Below, piece after piece: positions 51,501 through 60,758 of a stretch of 64,000 bases of DNA (positions are counted from its first letter, which is position 1; every line of letters begins with the position of its first letter). The position numbers and the translations under genes were made by a program. Source of the DNA: a virus. The notes under the pieces were generated by a model. That model saw only the letters and a list, made by a program, of their open reading frames with translations, was not told the origin of the DNA and did not search any database. Location of the stretch: positions 32,218 to 96,217 of the IMG/VR virus record IMGVR_UViG_3300048833_000111. One strand, 5' to 3'.

Positions 51501-54382
51501 AAAGTCCAAACAAATATTCTAAAGTAGCTTATTCTCATGAGGGACAAATATATGGAGTATTATTCAAAGACTTTAATAATGTAACATTCCTTCCCAAAGA
51601 AACTATTTCCAAGGAAGTAATGACAGATGAAGGACCTATACTATTAAAAGAGAATACAGGATATTATAATGAAGCTTTTAAAGATATAGCAAATTCTCCA
51701 AGTAAATTGGAGTATTGGAATCTTATCAAAAAAATGTCAGAATACATCTCATCTACTTATGATGCACAAACATATGGTAGATTATCATATCCAAAGATAC
51801 AAAAAGAGTATGCTGAGAGATTACAGGAAGGTTTAAAAGATAAAAATATTGGTTCTATTATAACTAATTCAGCTAAGGAATATAAGTCTTGGTTTTATGA
51901 AAGAGGTAGATTTAAAGATGGTAAAACTATTGCTCCAAACTATGTAGAAAGTTTTGAATCAGATGTAAAAAAGTTAGCTAGAACTTATATATTACAAGGT
52001 ATAGATAGAGAAGATGCTTACACAAAAGCTAGAAAAGAAATATTAGATACATATTCAGATGATTTTAATTCCAATATGATTGCTGTAGCTATGGAAGCTG
52101 CACTACATGATGCTAGATTAGAGGTACAACCTATGTCTGAAGCATATATAAAATATTTTAAATCTATTGGACCTGAGAGAGAGAATGCTATAAAAAAGCT
52201 TGAACACTTTTATGAGAAAATAATACTTAATACAAATGAAAAATATAGAGACTCTGGAAAAACAGAAGGAAAGGGTCTCTCAGAAGGTACTTGGTTAAAT
52301 AGAATGTTAGCTTTAATGCAAAAAGTACCATATTTGAATAGAATTATAAATGAAAAGAGTACATACCTACTGTCTGATGCAGAAGCTAAAATCTTTGAAC
52401 AATTAAAATTAATTCAAAAAGAAGGGAGGACATCTGCTGATTATAGCTTCTCATTGGATGGTATTACATATATACAAAAGAAAGGGAGAACTTATGAATC
52501 TATGGGAGAAAATGTACAGGAAATATCCCAAGAGTATTTTCAAGAGAATTTTGAACTGCACATACAAGAAGAAATAAATAAGTTAGGTTTAGATTTAAAC
52601 TTAGCTGGAGGTATAAATGGTATACTAAAGACTATTATATTTAAAGGATTAGCACTTAATCCTATATCTGGTATATTTAACAGAATAGAGGGTAAACATT
52701 CAGCTATGATTATGGATGCTACTGGAGAGTATTGGACTACAGGAAATATAGATGTAGCTAATAATCTTATGAGTTTTGCAAATATAACTAGACTATCTAA
52801 AGGTAGATTGAGTCCTGTAATGGCAAAGAGAAAAGAAACATTACAGATATTTGATACTCTTATGAAGCAATTTAATATATTGCAAGATAGGAAAAATGAA
52901 TTACAGAGAAGTGCTGAAGAGGCTAAGTTTGATAGAGAACTTTTAAACCCATATATGTTTGCTGTAGAGAATCCTGAATATAAAAACCAGGGAGCTATTA
53001 TTATGGCAGTTCTTATGGATAAAAAAGTAACTGATGTAAATGGTAATGTAGTACCTCTTTTAAATAAAGAAACTGGAGAGTTTACTATATATACATTAAA
53101 CAATGGAAGACTTGAATTAAAACCTGAGTTTCAAACACCAGAAAATATAGAAGCATACCAAAAATTCAAAGGTACTACTATACAGAATCTAGTACTTAAG
53201 ATGACAGATGCTGTATCTAGGTCACAGGGTAACTATGATTCATTGGATATAATGATGGCTAAAAAATCTATATGGGGTAGAGCTGCTACTTTGTTTATGA
53301 CTTGGTTTGCAGAACATATTAACCAAAGGTTTGGAGTATCTGGAGATAAAAATTATAACTTAAATACAGGTAAGAAGAGAAGACATGGTAGATTTATAGA
53401 AGCTTATAAAAGCAATAAACTTAATACTATGATAGGAGCAGTTACTGGTCTTACAGTATCTTATGGATTAGGTGGACCTCTATTGCTTGCAATGGGTGTA
53501 GGTGGACTTGGATTTATGGTATATAAGAAATTTGTAGGTAATATAGCTGGACCAAAAGCTATTAAAAGGGATATAAATTATGCTATGGAATTATTAGAAT
53601 TTACTAAATCTTTAATGATAGAATCTTTAAATTATCCAGGTAGAATATTAAATATAAATAGCAAACTTAAAATAAATAATAATTCTTTTGAAGGTACTAA
53701 TATGTCAAAAGATGAAATAGCTGCAATGAGAGCCTTAACAAGAGAGTTGGCTATTGTACTTACTTGGTTAGGTGTAAAGCTAGCTATGGGAGCTTTATTG
53801 TATGATGATGATGATGATAAAGAATCTCCACAAAGGATGAAACATAATTTTATACAGAACCAATTATCCAGAGCTATTAATGCACTTACTATATATTCAA
53901 ATCCACAGGAATTAATATCTGACCAGTCTAGAATGGCAGCATTAGAAACTTTATCTTCTGCTGGAAAAGTACTTATGGCAGCATTTAATGAAAAGCAAAG
54001 AGAGGATTTAGGAAAGAACTTTTTAGATTTAACTCCAATACCTAGAATACTTGTTAAAGGTAGAATGCCATATCATGATAAAATGAACTATGATGAAATG
54101 TCAAATTTCTCAGGTATACCATCTCCTATGAAATGGACATCTGAATTCTTTAAAAACTATAGTGCAGGTCCTGAAAGACAAGCTGAAAAAGACTATAAAA
54201 AAATATTGAAGGAATTAAGAAAAGATTTGAAAGAAGAATATATGTCCAAGCATAAAGGTAAGAAAGCACCACTTAAAGATGAATTAGATGCCTTGATTAA
54301 AGAAAAGATAAGTGGTTATAAAAAGAAGGAACAAACTTATCAGGAGAAATTAAAACAAGTGGAGAGTCTAGATTTAGATTAA
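48572..54382 (+). CDS. Large ejected cargo/polyvalent protein
   Basis: 1936 aa; N-terminal GGTNY.E...H..F...WFR...LEVQSD domain; hydrophobic helices near C-terminus. Confidence 0.7.
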   Translation: MACTVNTKDIQREVKQQFLNLDGVRPTPSGVFENFSHNNPDSMSTKFSDKIKELRQTYQENTYGKMLTVSTEQYGTRVDINPTQALADAMTAQNEADEKITQRAEASNIQRADAQRAGVQYEDDYLFDSRRVDYTLKAVNILSTPKAEEIFKRGDKNNWTLDKILTELQVPKEQKQLIVSKRLTNREEIITSLLGDNSFVVEINISKRFKTALDRKESLVLDEYGNAVMSNSNEEINSDFYSNLTVPGGTNYTENEIATPAITPSIKGHAQFSTDNGIGWFRSDEKVTVKTNDSNTWYIVNPELGIQEFNSKEEAEEAIKQSGWGNAVVTNDLSNDGLISGSKTRRILEVQSDLFQKGRDRKNLVNSKIPTGELETIDFDDDGRPLPSPIMKDNLNYERGNQFLQLLNKDNNWVTFFVKSIIQDSSKKGYEKVLFPKGDTAAKIEGHQTLEEFKKQKESRIKELEEDIKNINVLLDKKVDAIGNPFEEGQQQGYENKIIQKNNEINQLKQELERVDTEGFAALKPIYNFYENTVANILKKNYDITEITDKYGNKWNEVDLSQEQNQSSEIFLSRRNSNPSNNIQPQGNNYVEFVRYKKERLESINNELGRLNFTLKNSNLGSNIDVVEINNRIKALEKESSIISRQLEALSKDESKYMFHAIEEDLNNLEKVLDSNNIFDINKVNSRLDFLEEFISGTNKEFKGQPLSEYNNPAFGVIAGKIKELQVKATQRIMEVSRNSIENSSLVQNLVSENPDLDTDNLFQAQKDLNWLETWTLGVTADRTNNTVIPQALYALLRNTLTRKQSTVESWNKQLKALVDANPDLKNPDFIKEKDSSGNETGFIVNLFSPAYYKAMVKYKKLIDNFISDSNQENYNKVVTELLQHNNVIDFTRIQAVKDLYGSTYPDYFTSSEENMDKYEESLRKGLGPKYDEVINQILNRLALFEEKKIDALSEGGQYVSRDLASQDIWKFNEIMKSPNKYSKVAYSHEGQIYGVLFKDFNNVTFLPKETISKEVMTDEGPILLKENTGYYNEAFKDIANSPSKLEYWNLIKKMSEYISSTYDAQTYGRLSYPKIQKEYAERLQEGLKDKNIGSIITNSAKEYKSWFYERGRFKDGKTIAPNYVESFESDVKKLARTYILQGIDREDAYTKARKEILDTYSDDFNSNMIAVAMEAALHDARLEVQPMSEAYIKYFKSIGPERENAIKKLEHFYEKIILNTNEKYRDSGKTEGKGLSEGTWLNRMLALMQKVPYLNRIINEKSTYLLSDAEAKIFEQLKLIQKEGRTSADYSFSLDGITYIQKKGRTYESMGENVQEISQEYFQENFELHIQEEINKLGLDLNLAGGINGILKTIIFKGLALNPISGIFNRIEGKHSAMIMDATGEYWTTGNIDVANNLMSFANITRLSKGRLSPVMAKRKETLQIFDTLMKQFNILQDRKNELQRSAEEAKFDRELLNPYMFAVENPEYKNQGAIIMAVLMDKKVTDVNGNVVPLLNKETGEFTIYTLNNGRLELKPEFQTPENIEAYQKFKGTTIQNLVLKMTDAVSRSQGNYDSLDIMMAKKSIWGRAATLFMTWFAEHINQRFGVSGDKNYNLNTGKKRRHGRFIEAYKSNKLNTMIGAVTGLTVSYGLGGPLLLAMGVGGLGFMVYKKFVGNIAGPKAIKRDINYAMELLEFTKSLMIESLNYPGRILNINSKLKINNNSFEGTNMSKDEIAAMRALTRELAIVLTWLGVKLAMGALLYDDDDDKESPQRMKHNFIQNQLSRAINALTIYSNPQELISDQSRMAALETLSSAGKVLMAAFNEKQREDLGKNFLDLTPIPRILVKGRMPYHDKMNYDEMSNFSGIPSPMKWTSEFFKNYSAGPERQAEKDYKKILKELRKDLKEEYMSKHKGKKAPLKDELDALIKEKISGYKKKEQTYQEKLKQVESLDLD

Positions 54383-54399
54383 GACAGGTAAGAGAATAA

Positions 54400-54428
54400 A
54401 AAAGGGAAGCCATTTTAGCTTCCCTTTT
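54400..54428. terminator. Bidirectional terminator between convergent regions
   Basis: AAAAGGGAAGC-catttta-GCTTCCCTTTT. Confidence 0.85.
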
Positions 54429-54432
54429 ACTT

Positions 54433-54645
54433 TTAATAATCTATATGAATAAAGAAACTTTCCTCATTCACTAGTTCTGGATAATTTTCTTTAATCCATA
54501 AGCTTAAACCATCTTCTTCTTCATCATCCAAGTGTACTTCTACAAAAGCATCATTATGATGTTCACTTATCCAATGTCCCTCAGTAAGTTCTTCTGGTAT
54601 TTCACAGTAACTTATTACTTTCTTTGTTATTTCTTTTAGTGCCAT
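54433..54645 (-). CDS. Small acidic hypothetical protein
   Basis: 70-aa ORF. Confidence 0.6.
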   Translation of the reverse strand: MALKEITKKVISYCEIPEELTEGHWISEHHNDAFVEVHLDDEEEDGLSLWIKENYPELVNEESFFIHIDY

Positions 54646-54676
54646 ATTAATAATTCATTTAACAGTGTCCCCTATT

Positions 54677-56218
54677 TTAAATTCTGGTCTCACCAAGTCT
54701 TTGTCTTATTTCTGTTAATGTTGTTTGATTATAATATTCACCATCTTCAAATATGGTTTGTAAAGCTCCTCCTTTTTCTTCCTCCCAAGTACATTGGTCT
54801 TTAAGTTGATATCTACCATCATGCTTTACATCAAACTTTTGAACTCTAAGTAAACCTTTAGCAGATTTTTTAGTACCATCATCTGTAATAGGGTCTTTAA
54901 ATATTTCTCTACCTATTATATTAGGTCTAGCATCAGCTCTTGTAGGATTTATAACACCTTCTTGAACTTCGACATAAGTAGCCTTCATTGCAAATCCAAA
55001 AGTATCTCTTGTATTATATTGGTAGGTAAATGAACCTATACCAAGTATAATATTAGTAGATGCAAATCCTTTAGCTTCTAATCTTTTACATATTTGTTCA
55101 GCTCTCTCTAAAGTAATACTATCTCCATAAATTGCACCAATATGAGGGTCTAATACTTTATAACCTTGTTTATTGATTGTTCCACCAAATATATCCCAAA
55201 GTAATTGAATTACTCCTTTTTCTTCAGGATTTTCTAAATTTTCATAGAAATTATCAATTACTGAAGCACTATCCATATAATCTGGTCCACAAATAATATC
55301 TACTGGGTCTCCACTATCAGGTCTAATTACAATTCTACCATCTCTTGCAAGAATTTCTTCTTTAAGTTCAGGTAAGTACTTAGTAATTACAGTCCATAAA
55401 TCCCAAGTATCTGATACAATTGATAATATACCTGTTGGAAATTGTTTCATAAGATATCTAAATGTACCTAATTCATCTCCTTTAGTTCCTGCACATATTA
55501 CAGAATGTTCAGTAGCATTTACAGAGCCTATAACAAACTCTTTCTCCCCATAGTACTTTCTTGCACCATAGATTACTGGAAGACTGTCAGAACCTTTAAA
55601 TGAAGTTGTATGACCTAATCCTGAGCTTATAGTAGCATTAACACTATCCATACCTCTCATAGAGAAATCATGTCCTTGAAATTCTACAAAACCTATATTC
55701 TCTTTATCAGTCTTTTCAGCCCAACTCATTAAATTCTTTTTGTATTGATGAGCTATTGTAGCAGATGTCATTGGCTTCCATAATAAATTAGAGATTAATA
55801 CCTCAAGGAAATTAGTAAGCCAATAAAATTCTGATTTAGTATTATATATAGTAAGTACAGGAACTCCCATTGGGACAAGTGTACCTTCTGGAATAGCTTT
55901 AATCTTAATAGGTAAATAACCTAATTCATGTAGAGCTTTTATATGTGAAACATCATAATCTTCATCTAAGTAAAGTGAATATTCTTTTTTAATTTCATAA
56001 AGAATTCTAGCTTGATTTTTTGAAAAGAAATGTTCATCAAACATCTCTTTAATCTGTTGTACTACCATCTGTTGTCCAAATGATACTACTTTATCACACC
56101 CTTTTGGTGCATATTTATTACTTCTTGGAGTAAAGTTAGAATATACCAAAGTAGTACCTTGTGGATACTGTCTATGATGTCCTACTTTATAACCATCTGT
56201 TGCTAAAAATGGATTCAT
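54677..56218 (-). CDS. Nicotinamide phosphoribosyltransferase-family enzyme (Namat-like)
   Basis: TDGYKVGH, HDFSMRG, ATEHS, SIVSDTWD, RPDSGDP, IYGDSIT, RDTFGFAMKAT. Confidence 0.92.
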   Translation of the reverse strand: MNPFLATDGYKVGHHRQYPQGTTLVYSNFTPRSNKYAPKGCDKVVSFGQQMVVQQIKEMFDEHFFSKNQARILYEIKKEYSLYLDEDYDVSHIKALHELGYLPIKIKAIPEGTLVPMGVPVLTIYNTKSEFYWLTNFLEVLISNLLWKPMTSATIAHQYKKNLMSWAEKTDKENIGFVEFQGHDFSMRGMDSVNATISSGLGHTTSFKGSDSLPVIYGARKYYGEKEFVIGSVNATEHSVICAGTKGDELGTFRYLMKQFPTGILSIVSDTWDLWTVITKYLPELKEEILARDGRIVIRPDSGDPVDIICGPDYMDSASVIDNFYENLENPEEKGVIQLLWDIFGGTINKQGYKVLDPHIGAIYGDSITLERAEQICKRLEAKGFASTNIILGIGSFTYQYNTRDTFGFAMKATYVEVQEGVINPTRADARPNIIGREIFKDPITDDGTKKSAKGLLRVQKFDVKHDGRYQLKDQCTWEEEKGGALQTIFEDGEYYNQTTLTEIRQRLGETRI

Positions 56219-56814
56219 TATTTTTTATTTAACATTTGTTTTGTTATTTTTTCTTTTACTTCCTGATAAGTATAAGGTTTAAAATCATTAGTATCTACAC
56301 CTACATCCATTTGAGCAGGATGATGATTAATAACTCCTTTATTACTTAGACCTCCATGTACATGTCCAAATAACTGCCAAGAACCTCTATGTGAAGCATT
56401 CCAAGTTAGCATAGGATAATGACACATTACTATGTGCTGTTCTTTATATGTTATTTCTTCATCTTCTACAAATATCTCAGCAATATCATATATACCAGTC
56501 CAATGGTCTCTTATATATTCTTTACCTAAGGCATCTTTCTCATGATTACCAATAATTAAATATTTAGTACCATTCAATCTATATAATAAATCATTAAGTA
56601 CTTTAGGTATAGCTGTAAGTGATACATCTCCTAAATGGAATACTACCCCATCTTTAGGAACTATTTCATTCCATTTTTTTACTATAACCTCATTCATTTC
56701 ATGAACATTATTGAATGGTCTATCACAATATTTTATTATATTACTATGAAAGAAATGTGTATCAGATGTAAAGAATAATTTATCTTTATCAAATTGTATA
56801 TCTTTTATTCTCAT
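56218..56814 (-). CDS. Calcineurin-like metallophosphoesterase
   Basis: SDTHF.H, HLGD, GNHE, HYP, GHVH. Confidence 0.9.
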   Translation of the reverse strand: MRIKDIQFDKDKLFFTSDTHFFHSNIIKYCDRPFNNVHEMNEVIVKKWNEIVPKDGVVFHLGDVSLTAIPKVLNDLLYRLNGTKYLIIGNHEKDALGKEYIRDHWTGIYDIAEIFVEDEEITYKEQHIVMCHYPMLTWNASHRGSWQLFGHVHGGLSNKGVINHHPAQMDVGVDTNDFKPYTYQEVKEKITKQMLNKK

Positions 56815-57122
56815 ACTACTAAGATTAAACTTATATTATTTTTAGACACATACAGTTTATCTGTATGTGCTTGAACTCCCTCTATAGTTAAAGAACCTCC
56901 AGTTACAAAATATTCTCGTTCTATAAGAGTTTCATTTCTTTCATACCTATTAGTAGTTGGGTTTACATACCAATAACTTTGATAAGTATGTCTTTCTCTA
57001 CCTCTAGATAATGTTATTCCTCTAGGAGAAATTTTTAATACCTTATGAAAAGTATGCTTAGAGTGTATAGCCCTGGCTACAATATCCCCTACAAATATTT
57101 CTCTTCCAAATAAATCTGTCAT
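56811..57122 (-). CDS. Hypothetical protein (YopX/SH3-like start)
   Basis: D.FGREIFVGDIV. Confidence 0.55.
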   Translation of the reverse strand: MTDLFGREIFVGDIVARAIHSKHTFHKVLKISPRGITLSRGRERHTYQSYWYVNPTTNRYERNETLIEREYFVTGGSLTIEGVQAHTDKLYVSKNNISLILVV

Positions 57123-57124
57123 AA

Positions 57125-57265
57125 TTACTCATTTTCTTGATTCTCATTACAATGACAAGGACATTTACAAGTACATTGTTTTCTTTTTAGATTGAACTCA
57201 TAGTCATCTGAAACCTCTAGGTCTTTCCTAGGTCCTTTTCCCCAACTTGATTGAAATAATCCCAT
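57125..57265 (-). CDS. 46-aa peptide with CxCxCxCxC cluster (not in ORF track)
   Basis: MGLFQSSWEKG...KQCTCKCPCHCNENQENE*; fills the gap exactly. Confidence 0.55.
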   Translation of the reverse strand: MGLFQSSWGKGPRKDLEVSDDYEFNLKRKQCTCKCPCHCNENQENE

Positions 57266-58071
57266 TATTTTCTACCTTTAAATTCTGGATACAAACTCTT
57301 TGCATCATCTGATTGCCAATATTCTTTAGTTTCTAAGTCCATAATAGTTATGTGACCAAACCATCCACCTCCTGTATCTAAATTCCACATATTAGCTGCA
57401 TTCATAGGTGTACTTTCTCCCCAAAATTGAGTCTGTGTATGTCCTATGAATACTTCTTTAAAATTTCCTACCATTTTAAATTTAGGTTTCCAATCTTTCT
57501 TACCTAAATCTACAGATTTCATAGCTTGAAAACTAAGTGCTTGGTTCCATAAGTCTCTATCCCACCAGAATACAAAGTCTTCTTGGTCTTCTAAAGCTTT
57601 ATGTCTATTGAATCCTCCATGTACAAATAAATTATTATCTTTATCTATATAATAAGGTAATTGATTTCTAAAGAAATCTCTATGTGTTAGGGGAATATCC
57701 ATAGGACTTAATAAGTGGGGTATAGTAAATCTATTGGCTTCTGTAATATCAGGTCTAGTACTTCTTATATAAGATAAACCTGTAGCATCTTGTCCTTGTC
57801 CCCAATTAGAAGGACTCTCTCCTGTTTCTATCCAGGTATTAAACCAATCATCATGATTACCTCTAATAGCAATTAGATTTTTTATTTCAAGTAATTTTTC
57901 TACTACTTGAAAAGATTCAGAATGACCATCTACTACATCTCCTAAAGATATTAAAGTATCTTCTTCATTGTTAAAATTAGCTCTTTCTAAAGCTTGTAAA
58001 AACCCTTTTAAATTTCCATGGATGTCACCCACACAAAGAGTTCTACCTGTTTTTATGTTTTTGTTTTGCAT
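57265..58071 (-). CDS. PPP-family (NinI/ApaH-like) metallophosphatase
   Basis: GDIHG, GDVVD, RGNHD, FVHGG, WDR, GHT, LDTG. Confidence 0.88.
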   Translation of the reverse strand: MQNKNIKTGRTLCVGDIHGNLKGFLQALERANFNNEEDTLISLGDVVDGHSESFQVVEKLLEIKNLIAIRGNHDDWFNTWIETGESPSNWGQGQDATGLSYIRSTRPDITEANRFTIPHLLSPMDIPLTHRDFFRNQLPYYIDKDNNLFVHGGFNRHKALEDQEDFVFWWDRDLWNQALSFQAMKSVDLGKKDWKPKFKMVGNFKEVFIGHTQTQFWGESTPMNAANMWNLDTGGGWFGHITIMDLETKEYWQSDDAKSLYPEFKGRK

Positions 58072-58639
58072 AAAATAATTTTTTATAGTTCATACTCTCA
58101 TGGTATAAATTTGCAAAATGTAATTCAAATTTTTTAACTTCTTTTACAGAAGTTAATCTAATTGCACTTTGACTTTTTTTAAAATTAATATTATATTTAT
58201 CTTTAAAATACTTTATAATATTTTCTACAGATTCTTCATTAAAACCATTGACACTTAATGTCAAATGACAATTATTACCATTATAGTATAAATTACCATC
58301 ATCCATAAACCATACTGCTATTGCAAGTGGTGTAAGCATATTTAATATTTGGTTAGATACTTCTTTTATTCCAAATGGGTAAAAAAGTTCTCTATATTTT
58401 TTATAATCATCTTTTTTAGAATATATTATAATAGAATGATAAATATTATTGGTTCTAATATCTAATCTACTTCTTTCATAAATAGAATAATGACTTAATG
58501 AATTTTCTGCTTTCCATAAAGCATAATCTTTTTGTTGTTGCGAATGTTCCCAACCTATTTTATAGGATTTAGATTTACCTATAAGTTTTCCTATGTATGC
58601 ATCTCCTAGAAGAGTGCCTAAAAGTATTTGTTCTTTCAT
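58043..58639 (-). CDS. Free-standing LAGLIDADG homing endonuclease
   Basis: LLGTLLGDAYI and LAIAVWFMDDG; ATG 58639 preferred, 4 nt after TATCTTTG. Confidence 0.85.
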   Translation of the reverse strand: MKEQILLGTLLGDAYIGKLIGKSKSYKIGWEHSQQQKDYALWKAENSLSHYSIYERSRLDIRTNNIYHSIIIYSKKDDYKKYRELFYPFGIKEVSNQILNMLTPLAIAVWFMDDGNLYYNGNNCHLTLSVNGFNEESVENIIKYFKDKYNINFKKSQSAIRLTSVKEVKKFELHFANLYHESMNYKKLFYAKQKHKNR

Positions 58640-58643
58640 ATAA

Positions 58644-58651
58644 CAAAGATA
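58644..58651 (-). promoter_or_regulatory. Sigma-A -7 element (leaderless) for LAGLIDADG gene
   Basis: TATCTTTG on minus strand, 4 nt before ATG. Confidence 0.65.
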
Positions 58652-58677
58652 CAATTATCCCTGTTATATTCCTACAA

Positions 58678-58860
58678 CTATTTTATAAATTTTTCAGCCC
58701 ATTTTCTAAGTGGATTTACTGCATTATCTCCTGGATGGATAGAATACAATTCTCCACTCTTATTATGTACTAGTTTAACTGTTGTTTTCCGTGTTGTTTT
58801 TATAATAGAAAAGAGCTTAGTCTTTCTAAGCTCTTTTATTAATTTCTTATATTCTTTCAT
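58678..58860 (-). CDS. Small basic hypothetical protein
   Basis: 60-aa ORF abutting the PRPS-like gene. Confidence 0.55.
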   Translation of the reverse strand: MKEYKKLIKELRKTKLFSIIKTTRKTTVKLVHNKSGELYSIHPGDNAVNPLRKWAEKFIK

Positions 58861-58861
58861 T

Positions 58862-59686
58862 TTAGAATATTTTATATATTTCTAAATTTTTGGGTTGGTC
58901 TGGTTGACCATCTCTATTAGATACTCCATAAAAATCAAATTTACTATTAGTAGTAAATACTTTATCAAAGTAATTTGTTATAGGGTCTAAACCTAAATTA
59001 GATACAGTTATATGTGATACAGCTAAGTATAACTTACCACAATTTCTTTCTCGTAGCATTTTAGCTAGACCTTTAAATGTTCCACCACCTACACAAATAT
59101 CATCTATAATGAGTATATCTTTACCTTCAAAATCTTGTCTATCTACTATTTGTGTAAGTTTAGATTTACCATCTATATAAGCTCTAAATTTACTAGCTGA
59201 ATAAGTTTCACCTTCCCATTTCAATTTATCACAAAGTTTCATTAATGGTTTAAACCCACCTGCATCTGAAGACATTAAAATTAAATTGTTATTTAACTCT
59301 TCCTGTGTATCATATGGAAGTGAATTTAATACTCTATTTACAAATCTACTATTATCTATAATTTTTACATTATCTATAAGAGCTTCAACTACTTCTGGAT
59401 TATGTGGATGATATATTTGAAAATCAGCATTCATTTCATTAAGAAGTTTACATACTAATTTTAATCCACTAGATTCTCCTTCATTAAATCTTCTATCAGC
59501 TTGAGCATCTATTAGATTAGGTATAATTATAGTAGGTCTTTTATGTTTCTCATTCCAATATGCATCTACAGCTTGGTTTAAATGCCATAAATCTTCGTAT
59601 GTATTTATTCTAAATACATTATTATGTAATTCTATAGTAGTATTACTTACATAAGTAGTACCATCTGGATATTTAGTTATTTTCAT
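58862..59686 (-). CDS. Ribose-phosphate pyrophosphokinase-family enzyme (Adps-like)
   Basis: YPDG, AQADRRF, HPH, SSDAGG, ILIIDDICVGGGTF PRT loop, VSH, TNS. Confidence 0.88.
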   Translation of the reverse strand: MKITKYPDGTTYVSNTTIELHNNVFRINTYEDLWHLNQAVDAYWNEKHKRPTIIIPNLIDAQADRRFNEGESSGLKLVCKLLNEMNADFQIYHPHNPEVVEALIDNVKIIDNSRFVNRVLNSLPYDTQEELNNNLILMSSDAGGFKPLMKLCDKLKWEGETYSASKFRAYIDGKSKLTQIVDRQDFEGKDILIIDDICVGGGTFKGLAKMLRERNCGKLYLAVSHITVSNLGLDPITNYFDKVFTTNSKFDFYGVSNRDGQPDQPKNLEIYKIF

Positions 59687-59981
59687 CTTTAAAATTTTTA
59701 TGTCTTTTAGCTAAGTTTTTAGCTTTATTATAGTTAATATCCCCATAATCAAAATTATAAGGTTTTAACATAAATGTTTTCAATAGTCTAAAACAAGCTT
59801 CCTCTAAAGGTATTTCTAATCCTTTAATAGGTCCTTCTAAAGAATCTACATATTTTCTATAAAAACTTTCGTTAATTTTTTTAATAGTTTTATTTTTATG
59901 GTCTACTAAAACTGGGGAACCACTAACACCTATGTACCAAGAAAATCTCTTTCTTATTTTTTTTAATAGTTTTACTTTCAT
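59673..59981 (-). CDS. Hypothetical protein
   Basis: MKVKLLKKIRKRF basic start; overlaps neighbours. Confidence 0.6.
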   Translation of the reverse strand: MKVKLLKKIRKRFSWYIGVSGSPVLVDHKNKTIKKINESFYRKYVDSLEGPIKGLEIPLEEACFRLLKTFMLKPYNFDYGDINYNKAKNLAKRHKNFKDENN

Positions 59982-60733
59982 AATTTGAGTGTAAATTTTT
60001 CAGGTTGTATAGAAACTCCTATTGTGGTATATATTTTACCAGTAAAATCTGTTCCAAAATTAAGACTTGGTCCTATAGATAAATTCTTTTTAGGAGGTAA
60101 ACCCACTTGATATACTTTCATAGTTTTGATTGTATTGTATGGGTTATGGGAGGTAATTTGACCAAAAGGTTTACCCTTACCTAATCCTAAAAAACCTGTT
60201 GGTTCTATACCTATAGTTAAAGAATATTTATCCTTATACCCTATATCATAAAATGTACTATCTTTAGTAGCTATACTTTCTCCAAATACCCATCCATCTA
60301 AATTAAATTTAGATTTGTATATAGGGGAGCCTACACTATCTTTAGTCACTTCAGTTTTAGTGGTAACTTCAGCAGAACCTTCTGTACTAAATTGTGTTAC
60401 ACTACCTTGTTTCCTAAGATATTTCTTCATCTCTTTAACTTCTTTCTGAAGTTCCATTGTAAGACTATCTCTAGTAGCAAAAGCTAAAAAGTCTTCTGCT
60501 CTTTGTGTTTGAAAGGATTCTATTTTAGCTATTAATTGTCCTTTCTCATTTCTACTTATTTCAAGTTCTGCATTAGCAGCACTTAAATTTTGTTGTAACT
60601 CCGCATACTGATTATTTTTATAAAATAGTAAAGAAGCAAGTACTAATATAGTAATTACTCCAATAGCTCTCCCAATAATCTTATACAAAGAAGTAGAATA
60701 ATTTATTTTTATTTCTCTATTTTGTAATTCCAT
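59978..60733 (-). CDS. Spanin-like membrane protein
   Basis: N-terminal TM, coiled coil, C-terminal amphipathic beta-hairpin SIGPSLNFG..YTTIGVSI. Confidence 0.55.
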   Translation of the reverse strand: MELQNREIKINYSTSLYKIIGRAIGVITILVLASLLFYKNNQYAELQQNLSAANAELEISRNEKGQLIAKIESFQTQRAEDFLAFATRDSLTMELQKEVKEMKKYLRKQGSVTQFSTEGSAEVTTKTEVTKDSVGSPIYKSKFNLDGWVFGESIATKDSTFYDIGYKDKYSLTIGIEPTGFLGLGKGKPFGQITSHNPYNTIKTMKVYQVGLPPKKNLSIGPSLNFGTDFTGKIYTTIGVSIQPEKFTLKL

Positions 60734-60758
60734 AATACTTGCTTCTTTAAAAATTAAT

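Noticed and set aside
33249-53103. Many short antisense or alternate-frame ORFs inside cargo/RNAP genes (also within portal, MCP, tailspike and muzzle)
   Set aside because: Shadow ORFs of long coding frames; Ser/Leu/Phe-rich with no motifs
58043-58654. Group I intron or intein hosting the LAGLIDADG ORF
   Set aside because: Flanking genes are complete, there is no room for an intron core, and no intein termini are present
58678-58860. HicA-like toxin
   Set aside because: Size and basic N-terminal helix fit, but the GSH catalytic motif is absent
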